From assembly GCA_031414535.1 (NCBI GenBank), contig JANNVQ010000031.1:1-48835 (forward strand): 48,835 nt of DNA, given 5' to 3'. Source of the stretch: Gemmatimonas sp. Lineage in GTDB: Bacteria > Gemmatimonadota > Gemmatimonadetes > Gemmatimonadales > Gemmatimonadaceae. The notes under the pieces were generated by a model. The model saw only the letters and a list, made by a program, of their open reading frames with translations. It was not told where the DNA came from and did not search any database. Of this stretch, positions 37,212 through 47,079 are shown piece by piece (positions within the stretch are counted from its first letter, which is position 1; each line of letters opens with the position of its first letter). Position numbers and translations under genes: made by a program.

Positions 37212-39683
37212 TCACTTCACCACCGTACGCGCCCAGTCCCAACCCTCGAGTCCCTGCGCGTTCACGGCCTTGACCGCCACGTGCCAACCAGCGCGCAATG
37301 CCGATATGGTGGCACGCGGGTTGGTGACCGACACGGAAAACTGCATGGGATTGGTAGGCGGGCCATAGCGCACGATGTAGCGCACCACGCCGCGCTCGCG
37401 AGCGGCATCCCAGCCCACCGTGTTCCCAGCCGCCGTCAGCGCGGTGAGACGCGAAGGACTAGACGCCATCAACATGATGGTCGCCACCGTCGCCTTGCTC
37501 GTCTCCTGCAACTGCCGATGATTGATCGTCTCCAGCACGTCGTGCGGCATGTGGTAGTGCGGATTGCCGAGGATGGGATACGAGCCGATACCGGCAATGA
37601 TGTCGCCCCAAGCGTCGTAGAGCGCCTGCGCATCCGTGCTCTTGTAATAGTAGGCGTCGTAGGTGACGAGGTCTGAGAAGCCGAGGGCCGCCGCGTGCTG
37701 GAGGTCGCGCAGGCCAGGGTTCGAATAGCGGATGGTGTTGTCAATGCGATGGTCGTTGGACCAGCCCATCATGTCGTTGTTCAGGGCTCCCACCACCGTG
37801 ATGGAATCCTTCATGCGGCGAGCAAACTCCCGCGCACCGCGCAGGCCCGATTCCTCACCTGTGAAGGAGACGAACATCACGGACGCCGGAAGCGGTCGGC
37901 TCGCCAGCACGCGCGCGGCTTCGAGAATCATCGCCGTACCGGAGGTGTTGTCGTCGGCGCCAGGACCCTCGGCGCGCGAATCGAAGTGTGCGCCCACTAC
38001 GTACACGAGCTCCGGGTTCACCGTGCCGGGAATCATCGCAATTACATTCGCGACCTCAATCTCGCGGCCTTGCACCGTGGTGAAGCGCTGCTGGCGCGTC
38101 TCGATACCGAAGCTACGATAGGTATCCTCGAGCCACTGAGTGGCGCGCATGTTGCCGGGCTGGACGATGTTCTTGGAGTCAAAGGAGAAGAGTTGCTTCT
38201 CGTATTCATAGATGCGACCGACGCTCACTTCGTTCACTGCGGTACGCACCTGCGCGGCGATTGGAGCGAAGATGCGGCGGCCATTGGCACGGAGCGCGCG
38301 TTCGGCCGTGAGATTGGAATCCACGCGCGCGATGAGCTGCTGACGAGTGACCTTGGCATTGAGGTCCATCAACCAGAGATGGCGGTGCGGCGTGACCGTG
38401 TCACCGTCGCGCTCAGCCACAATAGCCACCCGGGAGCCGTCTGGGCTCACGGCCCAATCGTACTCCGGAGCAACCGTGCGAACAGAATTGTTGTGCTGCA
38501 AACGCGTGCGGGTGCCGCTGCGAATATCGTAGAGATACGAACGCTGGTGTCGCCCTTCACCCATCACAGCAAGCAGGAGACGGTCGCTTAGGAAGCGTGG
38601 CGAGTGGTCGTGCTGGATCTCGCGTGTGACGCGAAACATGCCCGGCGCGCCCGCGTTGCCCAGCGTGCTCGCGGCGTGAATCTCCCAGTCCTCGCGCAGC
38701 ATCAGCGGGATGGCCACGAACTCCCCGCTGGGCGAGAGCACCGGTGCCTGGTAGCGATTCTCCAGCGTCATCACGGCCACGGGAGCCTCATCACCGCGCT
38801 TGGCCCTCACCTGGGCCGCCGTGCCGCTGGCGTCTACCCACGCATAGACGCGGCCGTCACGGCTCCACGTTGGCATCACGCCATTCGTAACAGGACCGAG
38901 CGCATTGTCGGTCAGTTCGGCGAACGCTGTATTCCGCGATTCAGTCGCAAATCCGGGCACCTGCCGAGCGAAGGCACCTTGACGTCCGAGCAGTACGAGG
39001 AGGCGCTGACCATCCGGCGATCGGAGCAGCGACACCGGCTGCATGGCACCGGTGCTCACGGTGCTCCACGTTCCCGCGCTCACATTATACATGAGGAGGC
39101 GCGCGGTGGAATCGCCGAGCGTCCCGGCAATCACGGCCACGCGCACGGGATTGCTCCCAATCACTGCCGCTGCCCCGATGGCGGGCGCGTCCACGGTCAC
39201 GCGCGTGGGCGCACCGCTGGGGAGACTGACCAAGTTGAATCCGGTGCCAGCGGCCGCGCTCGACCAGATCATTGTGCGATTGTCCGCACCGATGCTGGGG
39301 GAGAAGCCGGCCGCTTCGAACACCGAGCTAAGTTCCGCAACCTCCGTGCGGCGCACGCTAAGGCGACGTTGCGCGCCGACGCCGGAAGTGGAAACCAGAT
39401 AGCGCCCATCGGGCGACCACATCGGTGCGGCGGCGTCCTCAGCCACCAAGCGGGTGCTATACACCTCGCCCGTGAGCTCGGCGATGCGGTCGTGGAAGGA
39501 ATCGGCCTGCGGCGTGCTCAGGATGCGCTTCATCAGCACGAGTGCGGTGTCGAACTTGCCCGCGTCCCAGAGATAGTAGGCGTTCTCGTAAGAACGCTTG
39601 GTGCTGCTCATGGAAGGCTGCTGGGCGAGGGCGGGGACGGCGGCCACGGCAGCGAGAAGGGCAATGTACAAAACGCGACGCAT
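37212..39683 (-). CDS. Secreted M28-family metallopeptidase with TolB-like beta-propeller N-terminus
   Basis: Signal peptide; WSPDG repeats; GAHFDS, GADDNTSG, GEESGL, NNDMMG, YHMPHD; C-terminal FN3-like tail. Start trimmed to MRRVLY. Confidence 0.88.
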   Translation of the reverse strand: MRRVLYIALLAAVAAVPALAQQPSMSSTKRSYENAYYLWDAGKFDTALVLMKRILSTPQADSFHDRIAELTGEVYSTRLVAEDAAAPMWSPDGRYLVSTSGVGAQRRLSVRRTEVAELSSVFEAAGFSPSIGADNRTMIWSSAAAGTGFNLVSLPSGAPTRVTVDAPAIGAAAVIGSNPVRVAVIAGTLGDSTARLLMYNVSAGTWSTVSTGAMQPVSLLRSPDGQRLLVLLGRQGAFARQVPGFATESRNTAFAELTDNALGPVTNGVMPTWSRDGRVYAWVDASGTAAQVRAKRGDEAPVAVMTLENRYQAPVLSPSGEFVAIPLMLREDWEIHAASTLGNAGAPGMFRVTREIQHDHSPRFLSDRLLLAVMGEGRHQRSYLYDIRSGTRTRLQHNNSVRTVAPEYDWAVSPDGSRVAIVAERDGDTVTPHRHLWLMDLNAKVTRQQLIARVDSNLTAERALRANGRRIFAPIAAQVRTAVNEVSVGRIYEYEKQLFSFDSKNIVQPGNMRATQWLEDTYRSFGIETRQQRFTTVQGREIEVANVIAMIPGTVNPELVYVVGAHFDSRAEGPGADDNTSGTAMILEAARVLASRPLPASVMFVSFTGEESGLRGAREFARRMKDSITVVGALNNDMMGWSNDHRIDNTIRYSNPGLRDLQHAAALGFSDLVTYDAYYYKSTDAQALYDAWGDIIAGIGSYPILGNPHYHMPHDVLETINHRQLQETSKATVATIMLMASSPSRLTALTAAGNTVGWDAARERGVVRYIVRYGPPTNPMQFSVSVTNPRATISALRAGWHVAVKAVNAQGLEGWDWARTVVK

Positions 39684-39752
39684 CAACGGGGCTCCATGAG
39701 GTTGACCAGACTCGTGGAACCTAGCCGAGTTCGACTGGGACTCCAACTGCGA

Positions 39753-39875
39753 TTCACCACGGAGGCACGAAGGGGCCCCTGCATGCTCTCGGCCCCGCAG
39801 TCCCAAAAAAGAATGGCTTCTTTAGGGTTGCGGGGCCGAGCGTGTGCAGCGAGTCCTTCGTGCCTTCGTGGTGAA
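39753..39875. repeat. Family A REP/REPIN-like palindrome
   Basis: ttcaccacggaggcacgaagg / ccttcgtgccttcgtggtgaa 21-bp stem with one G.T pair, plus inner ctcggccccgca/tgcggggccgag stem. Confidence 0.85.
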
Positions 39876-39886
39876 CGGCCTTGCTG

Positions 39887-41713
39887 TTACTCCACGGTCA
39901 CGGACTTGGCCAGATTGCGTGGCTGGTCTACGTTGGCGCCACGCTTCACGGCGATGTAATAGGCCAACAGCTGCAAAGGCACGGACGCGAGAACCGGCGT
40001 CAGCATGTCAATCGTCTCGGGGATGCGGATCTCGTGATCCACCAGACCTTCCAGCGCCGGTTCGTCGCGTGAGGTGATGACGATGGTCTGACCGCCGCGC
40101 GCTTTCACTTCTTGGATGTTGGAGACGAGCTTGTCGAACACGCCATCGTGCGGCGCGAGGAAGACCACGGGCATCTTCTCGTCAATCAGCGCGATTGGTC
40201 CGTGCTTCATCTCAGCCGCCGGATAGCCCTCGGCGTGGATGTAGCTGATTTCTTTCAGCTTCAGTGCACCTTCGAGCGCGGCCGGGAAGTTGAAGCCACG
40301 ACCCAAGTACAGGAAGTTGTGTGAGTCCTTGAACTTCTCGGCGATGTTCTCGACTTCCGATGCGCGATCAAGGATGGACTGAATCTGCTGCGGCAGATCG
40401 TGCATGGCTTGGGCAATCTCGCGGCCACGCATGACCGAGAGCGAGCGCTTGCGCGCCATCTTGAGCGCGAAGAGTGCCAAGGCCACGACCTGGCTCGTGA
40501 AGGCCTTGGTGGACGCCACGCCAATCTCGGGACCGGCATGGAGATAGATGCCGCCGTCATCCTCGCGAGCGATCGTCGAGCCAACCACGTTTACGAAGCC
40601 AAGTGTGTGCGCACCGCGGCGCTTGGCCTCGCGCATGGCGGCAAGGGTATCCGCCGTCTCGCCTGACTGCGAGATGACGATGCACAAGGTGCTCGGCGTG
40701 ATGATTGGGTTGCGATAACGGAATTCTGAGGCGTACTCGACCTCAACGGGAATGCGGCAGAGATCTTCAATCATCATTTCGCCGATGAGCGCCGAGTGCC
40801 ACGAGGTACCACAGGCGGTGATGACGATGTTATCAATCGCCATCAACTGCTCGTGGCTCATGTTGAGGCCGCCGAGCTTGCTGGTGCCGTCCTCGAGGAT
40901 GAGACGGCCGCGCATCGTGTTCTCGACGGTGGTTGGCTGCTCGAAGATTTCCTTGAGCATGAAGTGGTCGTAGCCGCCGCGTTCAATGGCCGCGAGATCC
41001 CACTCGATGCGCTCCACACTGCGCCGTAGCGTCACGGCATTAATGTCCATCACTTTGTAGCCATCCGGCGTGAGCACCGCGAGATCGCCGTCGTTGAGGT
41101 ACACGACCTGGCGCGTGTGCGCGAGAATGGCGGACGCATCGGAAGCGAGGAAGTACTCGCCCTCACCGACGCCGATGAGGAGCGGCGATCCCTTGCGGGC
41201 GGCGACAATCTTCAGTGGGTCCTTACTGCAGACGACGGCGATACCGAAGGTGCCTTCGACCTTGCGCAGCGCCCCAATCACGGCCTCCTCGAGAGATCCC
41301 TCCCAAAGCTCCTGAATCAGATGCGCGATGGTCTCGGTATCCGTGTCTGAGCGGAAGGTATGGCCGAGCTCGGTGAGTTGCTTGCGCAACACATTAGCGT
41401 TCTCGATGATGCCATTGTGCACCACGGCGACCGTCTCATCTGTGGAGAGATGCGGGTGCGCGTTGCGCTCGGTTGGCGGACCGTGGGTCGCCCAGCGCGT
41501 ATGGGCGATGCCAACCTTGCCGCTCACCGGATCTGCGGCGAGCGCGCCCTCCAGCTTCGCAATCTTCCCGGCCGCGCGACGCGTCTCGATGCCTTCACCG
41601 TCGAACACCGCGATGCCGGCTGAGTCGTAGCCGCGGTACTCGAGGCGCTTGAGGCCTTCGATTAGGAAAGGAGTGGCTTGCTTAGGGCCGATGTAGCCGA
41701 CGATGCCGCACAT
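39887..41713 (-). CDS. glmS: Glutamine--fructose-6-phosphate aminotransferase
   Basis: MCGIVG, HTRWATHG, SQSGETADT, PRNLAKSVTVE. Confidence 0.99.
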   Translation of the reverse strand: MCGIVGYIGPKQATPFLIEGLKRLEYRGYDSAGIAVFDGEGIETRRAAGKIAKLEGALAADPVSGKVGIAHTRWATHGPPTERNAHPHLSTDETVAVVHNGIIENANVLRKQLTELGHTFRSDTDTETIAHLIQELWEGSLEEAVIGALRKVEGTFGIAVVCSKDPLKIVAARKGSPLLIGVGEGEYFLASDASAILAHTRQVVYLNDGDLAVLTPDGYKVMDINAVTLRRSVERIEWDLAAIERGGYDHFMLKEIFEQPTTVENTMRGRLILEDGTSKLGGLNMSHEQLMAIDNIVITACGTSWHSALIGEMMIEDLCRIPVEVEYASEFRYRNPIITPSTLCIVISQSGETADTLAAMREAKRRGAHTLGFVNVVGSTIAREDDGGIYLHAGPEIGVASTKAFTSQVVALALFALKMARKRSLSVMRGREIAQAMHDLPQQIQSILDRASEVENIAEKFKDSHNFLYLGRGFNFPAALEGALKLKEISYIHAEGYPAAEMKHGPIALIDEKMPVVFLAPHDGVFDKLVSNIQEVKARGGQTIVITSRDEPALEGLVDHEIRIPETIDMLTPVLASVPLQLLAYYIAVKRGANVDQPRNLAKSVTVE

Positions 41714-41766
41714 AGGAGATTGTTTCGGAGTAGTGAATCAACGTGAACACGAGATCTTCTTGAACT

Positions 41767-41820
41767 CTGGACGGAAGACGGATGCTAGTACGGTGCCGCT
41801 GGCATCCGTCATCCGTCCAG
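41767..41820. repeat. Family B palindrome between glmM and glmS
   Basis: ctggacggaagacggatgc ... gcatccgtcatccgtccag. Confidence 0.75.
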
Positions 41821-43200
41821 TTACCCCAGCTGAGCGAGCAACGCTCGCCCCTTCTCTACCAACTGTCGAGCGCTCTCCTCCGTACGCCCCTCCGCAATCA
41901 CGCGTACAATCGGCTCCGTGCCGCTCGGCCGAATGTGTACCCAACGGTCCGACCACGAGAGGCGAAGGCCATCCTGCGTATCGGCCTCGGCATCCGCGAA
42001 GGCTGCCTTGAGTGCTGCGTATACGGCATCCAGCGGCTTGTCGGGACGATCGAGCTTGTCCTTAATGATATAGTAGCGCGGGAAGCGCTCCACGATCCGC
42101 GACAGCGGCTCGGCGTCCTCATGCAGTAGTTGCAAGAGCAGTGCCACACCCAGTGGCGCATCGCGGCCCAAGTGCAATTCCGGCAGGATGACCCCGCCAT
42201 TGCCCTCGCCACCGATGACGGCGTCTACGGCGCGCATCTTGAGCGCCACGTTTACCTCTCCCACGGGCGCGCGCACCACACTGACCCCGTACTCCGCCGC
42301 CATATCGTCCACGATGCGGCTGGTGGAGAGATTGGTGACGACCGCTCCCTTGCGGTGTCGCAGGACGACACGTGTCGCAAGTGCCAACGTATAATCTTCG
42401 CCGATGGCGCGACCGTCATCCGCCACGAGTGCGAGACGATCTACGTCCGGATCAGTGGCGAACCCAATCTGCGCGCCAGTATCCCGCACCAACGACTGCA
42501 GCGCCACCAAGTTCTCCGCGATCGGCTCCGGCGGACGCGGGAATCGTCCGTCGGCCTCGAGCTCGATAGACGTGACTTCGCAGCCGAGGAGGTCGAGCAG
42601 TTTGGGAATGATGACGCCGCCAGCGCCGCGGCAAGCATCGTAGGCCACGCGGAACTTGCGCGCGCGGATGCCATCCACGTCAATGAACGGCAGGGCCAAC
42701 ACGGCATCGAGATGGCGCGCCACAGCTTCGGCGTCGAAGTGCACGCTCCCAAGCTCATCCCACTGTGCATACGGGATGCCCGACTCCACGAGCGAACGCA
42801 TCTGGGCGCCCTGTGCGGCGCTCAAGAAGAGTCCATCAGGTCCGATAAACTTGAGTGCGTTCCACTCGATGGGATTGTGGCTCGCCGTGATGCCGAGTCC
42901 ACCGGCTGCGTGATGGTGTTCCACGGCCATCTGCAGCGTGGGCGTTGTGGTCAGGCCGATGTCAATGACATCGGCGCCGACCGACTCGAGCGCCGCGCGT
43001 GTGATGCTGTGAAACAGCGGCCCGGTGACGCGAGAGTCGCGCCCCAGAACGACCGCGCAACGTGTTCCGCGCTGCTTGGCACCAGCCACCGCCCAGGCGC
43101 CAAAGGCAGCTGCATAGCGGGCTACAACTTCCGGTGTCAAACCGTGGCCAACACGGCCGCGGATGCCGGAAACAGAGATCATGAGACGAGGGTCGGACAT
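41821..43200 (-). CDS. glmM: Phosphoglucosamine mutase / phosphohexomutase
   Basis: SVSGIRG, TASHNP, DPDVDR, GGEGNGG, RPSGTEP; upstream of glmS. Confidence 0.9.
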   Translation of the reverse strand: MSDPRLMISVSGIRGRVGHGLTPEVVARYAAAFGAWAVAGAKQRGTRCAVVLGRDSRVTGPLFHSITRAALESVGADVIDIGLTTTPTLQMAVEHHHAAGGLGITASHNPIEWNALKFIGPDGLFLSAAQGAQMRSLVESGIPYAQWDELGSVHFDAEAVARHLDAVLALPFIDVDGIRARKFRVAYDACRGAGGVIIPKLLDLLGCEVTSIELEADGRFPRPPEPIAENLVALQSLVRDTGAQIGFATDPDVDRLALVADDGRAIGEDYTLALATRVVLRHRKGAVVTNLSTSRIVDDMAAEYGVSVVRAPVGEVNVALKMRAVDAVIGGEGNGGVILPELHLGRDAPLGVALLLQLLHEDAEPLSRIVERFPRYYIIKDKLDRPDKPLDAVYAALKAAFADAEADTQDGLRLSWSDRWVHIRPSGTEPIVRVIAEGRTEESARQLVEKGRALLAQLG

Positions 43201-43292
43201 CACAGAAATTTGCGCGTCGGGCGGGGGATTTGCGAGGGCCTCGCGGGCAGAATGGGAATGTCGGCTGAAGTCAGGCTAGCTTTACACTTCAA

Positions 43293-43315
43293 TCATCCGT
43301 CATCCGTCATCCGTC
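43293..43315. repeat. Family B half-element (TCATCCG)x3
   Basis: tcatccgtcatccgtcatccgtc. Confidence 0.65.
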
Positions 43316-43321
43316 CCTTTT

Positions 43322-44842
43322 GTGGATCTCTTAGCGCTTCGCGCCGCCGCTGGTGGCGGTTTCATTGATGATCTCCCCGCCAGCCAGCTCGTGAGCGCGG
43401 GCTTCACCTTGCTGCAGCGCTCGGCGCCGCTTGTGCGGGCGCTGGCGGGCAAGCGAGCCGCGATTCTCCTGCCGAGTTCGCCGCAGTTTCTGGTGGCCCT
43501 CGCCGCCTGCGATGGGCGAGGCGCTGTGCTGGTGAATCCGCTCGCGGCGGCCGCTGAGGTGGCACATCAGATGCGGGATGCTGACGTGGGCGCCGTCTTC
43601 ACTGGAAAGGCGCTGGCCTCCAAGATTCCGGATCACTTGCCGCGCGTGCTGCTCGACGAAGCACCTTCTCGCGCCACCTTCAGCGTGCCCGGTGGAGACG
43701 ACCAAACCGTGGACCTCGGCTCGCACTTCGGGCTCTCACTCGAAGGTGACGCCGACGCGCTTGGGCGCGACGAGGAGTGTGCCATCGTCTACACCAGCGC
43801 CATGCAGGGCATCCCGATGGGCGCGGTGCTGACGCACCGCAATCTGATGGCTAACGCGCGACAGGCGGTTGACGCCGCGGAGAATGTTTCTGGCGACCAC
43901 GTCCTCGCCGTACTCCCTTTCTCCCATCTCTTTGGACTTACCGTCTCGCTGATGGCGCCACTCTTTGTGGGCGCCAAGGTGACGACGATGTCGCGCTTCA
44001 ATCCGATCAACGCGCTGGATCTCCTGGAGACGGCTGGCATAACGGAAATCGTCGGTGTGCCGGCCGTGTTCGCGGGAATGCTTGCAGCGCTGCAGCGCCG
44101 CGGGGGAAAACTCAACAGCACCTCGCTCCGTCTCTGCATCTGCGGTGGCGCGTCCTTGCCAGTGGAGCTCCAGCAGAGCTGGGAGGCCGCGACCGGCGTG
44201 GCCCTGCGCCAGGGTTACGGACTTACCGAAGCATCGCCGGTGGCGCTGTTCAATCGCGTGAGCGAGGCCAATGTGCCTGGTACATTGGGCCTTCCCATGC
44301 CGGGCGTGCAGGTGAGCATTCGCGATGCAGAGTCGAGCCTTGAGCTGGGCGCGGGCGTAGCCGGGGAGATATGTGTTGCTGGCGATACCGTGTTTGCGGG
44401 CTACGTGAGTGAGCTTCAGACTCCGGGCGCGATGCGTGCTCGAGCAGCTGCGTCCGCTGGCGCTGGCGTAGTACCGATGCCTGTTTCACGTGACATCTCG
44501 CGCGGCCTGCGCACTGTGGGCGGCTGGCTACATACCGGTGATCGCGGCTTGCTCAGAGCTGACGGGCGCGTAGAGTTTCTTGGCCTGCTCAAGCGCATGT
44601 TTACACGCAGCGGATTCAACGTGTATCCCGCTGAAGTTGAGCGAGCACTCACGCAAATGCCGGGCGTGGGTTCTGCCCGAGTGTACGCCATTCCCGATCC
44701 TGCGCGCGAACACGATATCGGCGTGGAACTGTGGCTTGATGGCTCGCGTGCCGTCGGCGAGGCCGATGTGAAGCTTTGGTGCGAGGGGCGACTGGCGCAG
44801 TACAAGCAGCCGAGCCGGATTGACTTCGTCGCCGACGCGTAG
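43322..44842 (+). CDS. AMP-binding (ANL superfamily) protein with degenerate catalytic motifs
   Basis: LPFSHLFG, GGASLP, QGYGLTEASP, WLHTGD and NVYPAEVE are present; the P-loop reads YTSAMQGIPMG and the terminal GK motif is absent. Confidence 0.85.
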   Translation: MDLLALRAAAGGGFIDDLPASQLVSAGFTLLQRSAPLVRALAGKRAAILLPSSPQFLVALAACDGRGAVLVNPLAAAAEVAHQMRDADVGAVFTGKALASKIPDHLPRVLLDEAPSRATFSVPGGDDQTVDLGSHFGLSLEGDADALGRDEECAIVYTSAMQGIPMGAVLTHRNLMANARQAVDAAENVSGDHVLAVLPFSHLFGLTVSLMAPLFVGAKVTTMSRFNPINALDLLETAGITEIVGVPAVFAGMLAALQRRGGKLNSTSLRLCICGGASLPVELQQSWEAATGVALRQGYGLTEASPVALFNRVSEANVPGTLGLPMPGVQVSIRDAESSLELGAGVAGEICVAGDTVFAGYVSELQTPGAMRARAAASAGAGVVPMPVSRDISRGLRTVGGWLHTGDRGLLRADGRVEFLGLLKRMFTRSGFNVYPAEVERALTQMPGVGSARVYAIPDPAREHDIGVELWLDGSRAVGEADVKLWCEGRLAQYKQPSRIDFVADA

Positions 44843-44872
44843 GCGCTGAGGCTGAGTCGCTGAGGCTGAGGT

Positions 44873-45481
44873 CTAGGCGCTGAACAGGTCGATTTGCGGT
44901 GGTTCGAGCGGTAGCGCAAGCGCGTGCAGCACCGTTGTCATCCAGCCTGTGCGATCAGCCGCATCCAGCACCACCACCGGCACGTCGAAGGTACGCAACA
45001 GCTGATCAATGAGCGAATCAATCTCCAGCTGAAACTGGCGGCTCACTGCACGTTTCCCGTCGAAGGTCGGGGCCTGAATCACGGGCACCTTAAACAAGGC
45101 ATCGTAGCCCTTGATCCACTCGCCGACGAGTTGGTCAAGTTCTGGCTTGCGACCCACGCGGGCGACCAGATACGCGTAGTTATCGAGCACTGAGCGGTCG
45201 CAGACCACCACTTCGTACATCGCCATCGCCGCAAGCTCTTCTGCCACCTGCGTATGCAGAATCCACAACTGCGCGTCGAGCGTCGTCTGCTCATTGATTG
45301 GCAGCGGGCAGCGCCGCGCGACCTCCTTCACGAGGTCGATGTTGAGATCCAGGCGCTTCAGGTGCGCCGCTAGGTCATAGCAGAGTGTCGTCTTCCCCAC
45401 CCCGTGCGTACCCACGAAGGCAATCTTCAGGCGTCGCCGGCCGGCGGCATCTACGGGAAGCAGGAGACTGGGTTCGGACAT
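44873..45481 (-). CDS. P-loop NTPase (AAA_28 / NadR-like)
   Basis: KIAFVGTHGVGKTT Walker A; VVCDRSVLDNYAY. Confidence 0.8.
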   Translation of the reverse strand: MSEPSLLLPVDAAGRRRLKIAFVGTHGVGKTTLCYDLAAHLKRLDLNIDLVKEVARRCPLPINEQTTLDAQLWILHTQVAEELAAMAMYEVVVCDRSVLDNYAYLVARVGRKPELDQLVGEWIKGYDALFKVPVIQAPTFDGKRAVSRQFQLEIDSLIDQLLRTFDVPVVVLDAADRTGWMTTVLHALALPLEPPQIDLFSA

Positions 45482-45570
45482 CTTGGAGGGAATATAGTCT
45501 GCGCCCAATTGCCATCACTCGCGGGACGCTGATTGTACACGGCGCCACCATTCCCCTTGCGTTAGGACCT

Positions 45571-46620
45571 ATGCCAATGCTTCAGCTACCCGACCCGGAC
45601 CGTGGGGCCGCTCCCGCGCCTGGCATTCTCGATGAGATTGCGACCGCGATGCGCACGAAGCGCTACAGCCCCCGTACCATCGAATCGTACACGGCGTGGA
45701 CGCAACGCTTCGTCCGGTTTCACGGGTTGCGGCATCCCCGGGCGCTGGACGCGCCGCACGTTAAGCGATTCCTCAGCTATCTCGCAGAGGACCGCCGAGT
45801 GAGCGCGAGCACGCAGAATCAGGCCATGGCGGCGCTGCTCTTCGTCTACAACGAAGTACTTGGCATCACCATGGGCGCGCCCGAAGGAATTGCTCCGGCC
45901 AAGCGGAGCAAGCATGTGCCGAACGTGCTTTCCGTCGCCGAGGTTCAGCAAGTGCTGAGCGGGATGACAGGCGCGCGTTGGCTGATGGCATCGTTGCTAT
46001 ACGGTAGCGGCCTCCGTGTTGGGGAGGTCGTGACCGTGCGGGTCAAGGACGTACACCTTGAGCGCTTTGAGCTCACCGTCCGTGGGGGCAAGGGCGCAAA
46101 GGACAGGCGCACGATGATTCCGCAGTCGCTGATTGCCCCCATTCGGAAGCAGATGGACGCAGTGGAGCGGCTGATGAGGCGCGACCGGGCCGCCGGCTAT
46201 GCGGGTGTCGCCCTGCCCGATGCCTTCGGACGCAAGTCGCCCGGGGCGTCCTACGCTCTGGGCTGGCAGTGGCTATTTCCGGCGAGCCGGACGTACGTGG
46301 ATCGCGAGACCAAGCGAATTCATCGGCATCACGCGGACCCCAGCATGGTGCAACGCGAGGTCCAAGAGGCAGCGCGGGCAGCCCAGATTGGCTCGAGGGT
46401 AACCTGCCACACGTTCCGGCACAGCTTTGCGACGCACCTCTTGGAGTCCGGCTACGATATTCGGACGGTTCAGGAACTGCTGGGGCATAGCGACGTGAGT
46501 ACTACGATGATATATACCCATGTCTTGAACAAGGGGGCGCTGGGGGTACGGAGCCCCCTTGATACTGCCTCGTTCTCGCAAGACAACGCGGTGAGGCGTT
46601 CGCGAGGTAAGCGGGGGTAA
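45571..46620 (+). CDS. intI: Integron integrase
   Basis: VSASTQNQA, YGSGLRVGE, GKGAKDR, integron-specific insert GVALPDAFGRKSPGA...WQWLFPA, HTFRHSFATHLL, LLGH, TMIYTHV. Start 45571 or 45577. Confidence 0.96.
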   Translation: MPMLQLPDPDRGAAPAPGILDEIATAMRTKRYSPRTIESYTAWTQRFVRFHGLRHPRALDAPHVKRFLSYLAEDRRVSASTQNQAMAALLFVYNEVLGITMGAPEGIAPAKRSKHVPNVLSVAEVQQVLSGMTGARWLMASLLYGSGLRVGEVVTVRVKDVHLERFELTVRGGKGAKDRRTMIPQSLIAPIRKQMDAVERLMRRDRAAGYAGVALPDAFGRKSPGASYALGWQWLFPASRTYVDRETKRIHRHHADPSMVQREVQEAARAAQIGSRVTCHTFRHSFATHLLESGYDIRTVQELLGHSDVSTTMIYTHVLNKGALGVRSPLDTASFSQDNAVRRSRGKRG

Positions 46621-46689
46621 GGTGGGGTGCTTGAGGGAGTTGCGGGGTTTTGGTACTGGGTGCAGAGTAAGTATTCGTGGGTGCTTAAG

Positions 46690-46711
46690 TTTTGACTAAT
46701 ACACGTTATCC
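46690..46711 (+). other. attI site (crossover G46705|TTATCC)
   Basis: GACTAATACAC-GTTATCC; GTTATCCGG is the reverse complement of CCGGATAAC at the first attC, as expected for an integrated cassette. Confidence 0.75.
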
Positions 46712-46791
46712 GGACGCGCACGCTCTCACCGTAGGAGACCTTCGCGACGACCGCTCCCTTCACCTCCCGACGTTGTCGCGCGACTCTCGGC

Positions 46792-47073
46792 GTGTTGCTC
46801 ATCATCGCTACTACCGGCGTCACGGTACTGCGTGCACGCACCGCTGCTGAACCGCTCGCCGATTTGCCCATCGTCGCACAAATGCACCGCGAGGGCCGCG
46901 CGAGCGACGGCGCCCTGGCCAATGCCCAGTACCACGCCGCCCATGCGCGACGCAGTCACGAGATCCGCTGGACCCTCGCGGGCTATGCCACGCAAGGTAT
47001 TCTCGGCAGCGTGCTCGGACTCACGCTGCTGCTGGCGCGTCGCTGGCAGGACGCACACGCAATCCCGACATAA
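46792..47073 (+). CDS. Hypothetical two-TM protein (cassette 1 ORF A; start uncertain, possibly ACG at 46747)
   Basis: Two hydrophobic segments; inside the cassette; SD aggaga at 46733-46738. Confidence 0.55.
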   Translation: MLLIIATTGVTVLRARTAAEPLADLPIVAQMHREGRASDGALANAQYHAAHARRSHEIRWTLAGYATQGILGSVLGLTLLLARRWQDAHAIPT

Positions 47074-47079
47074 CAATCC

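Noticed and set aside
41714..41820. glmS ribozyme
   Set aside because: The gap is short, half filled by a family B palindrome, and shows no recognisable ribozyme core.
44844..44870. gctgaggctgag duplication, and agactggcg duplication near 13712-13735
   Set aside because: Short isolated duplications with no other copies or functional context.
45561..45567. GTTAGGA before the intI start, suggesting intI is itself a cassette
   Set aside because: There is no matching TCCTAAC or attC downstream of intI.
46631..46691. Pc promoter or operator between intI and attI (TTGAGG-N17-TACTGG; TACT-N8-AGTA)
   Set aside because: The -10 match is poor and the palindrome is too short to support a call.
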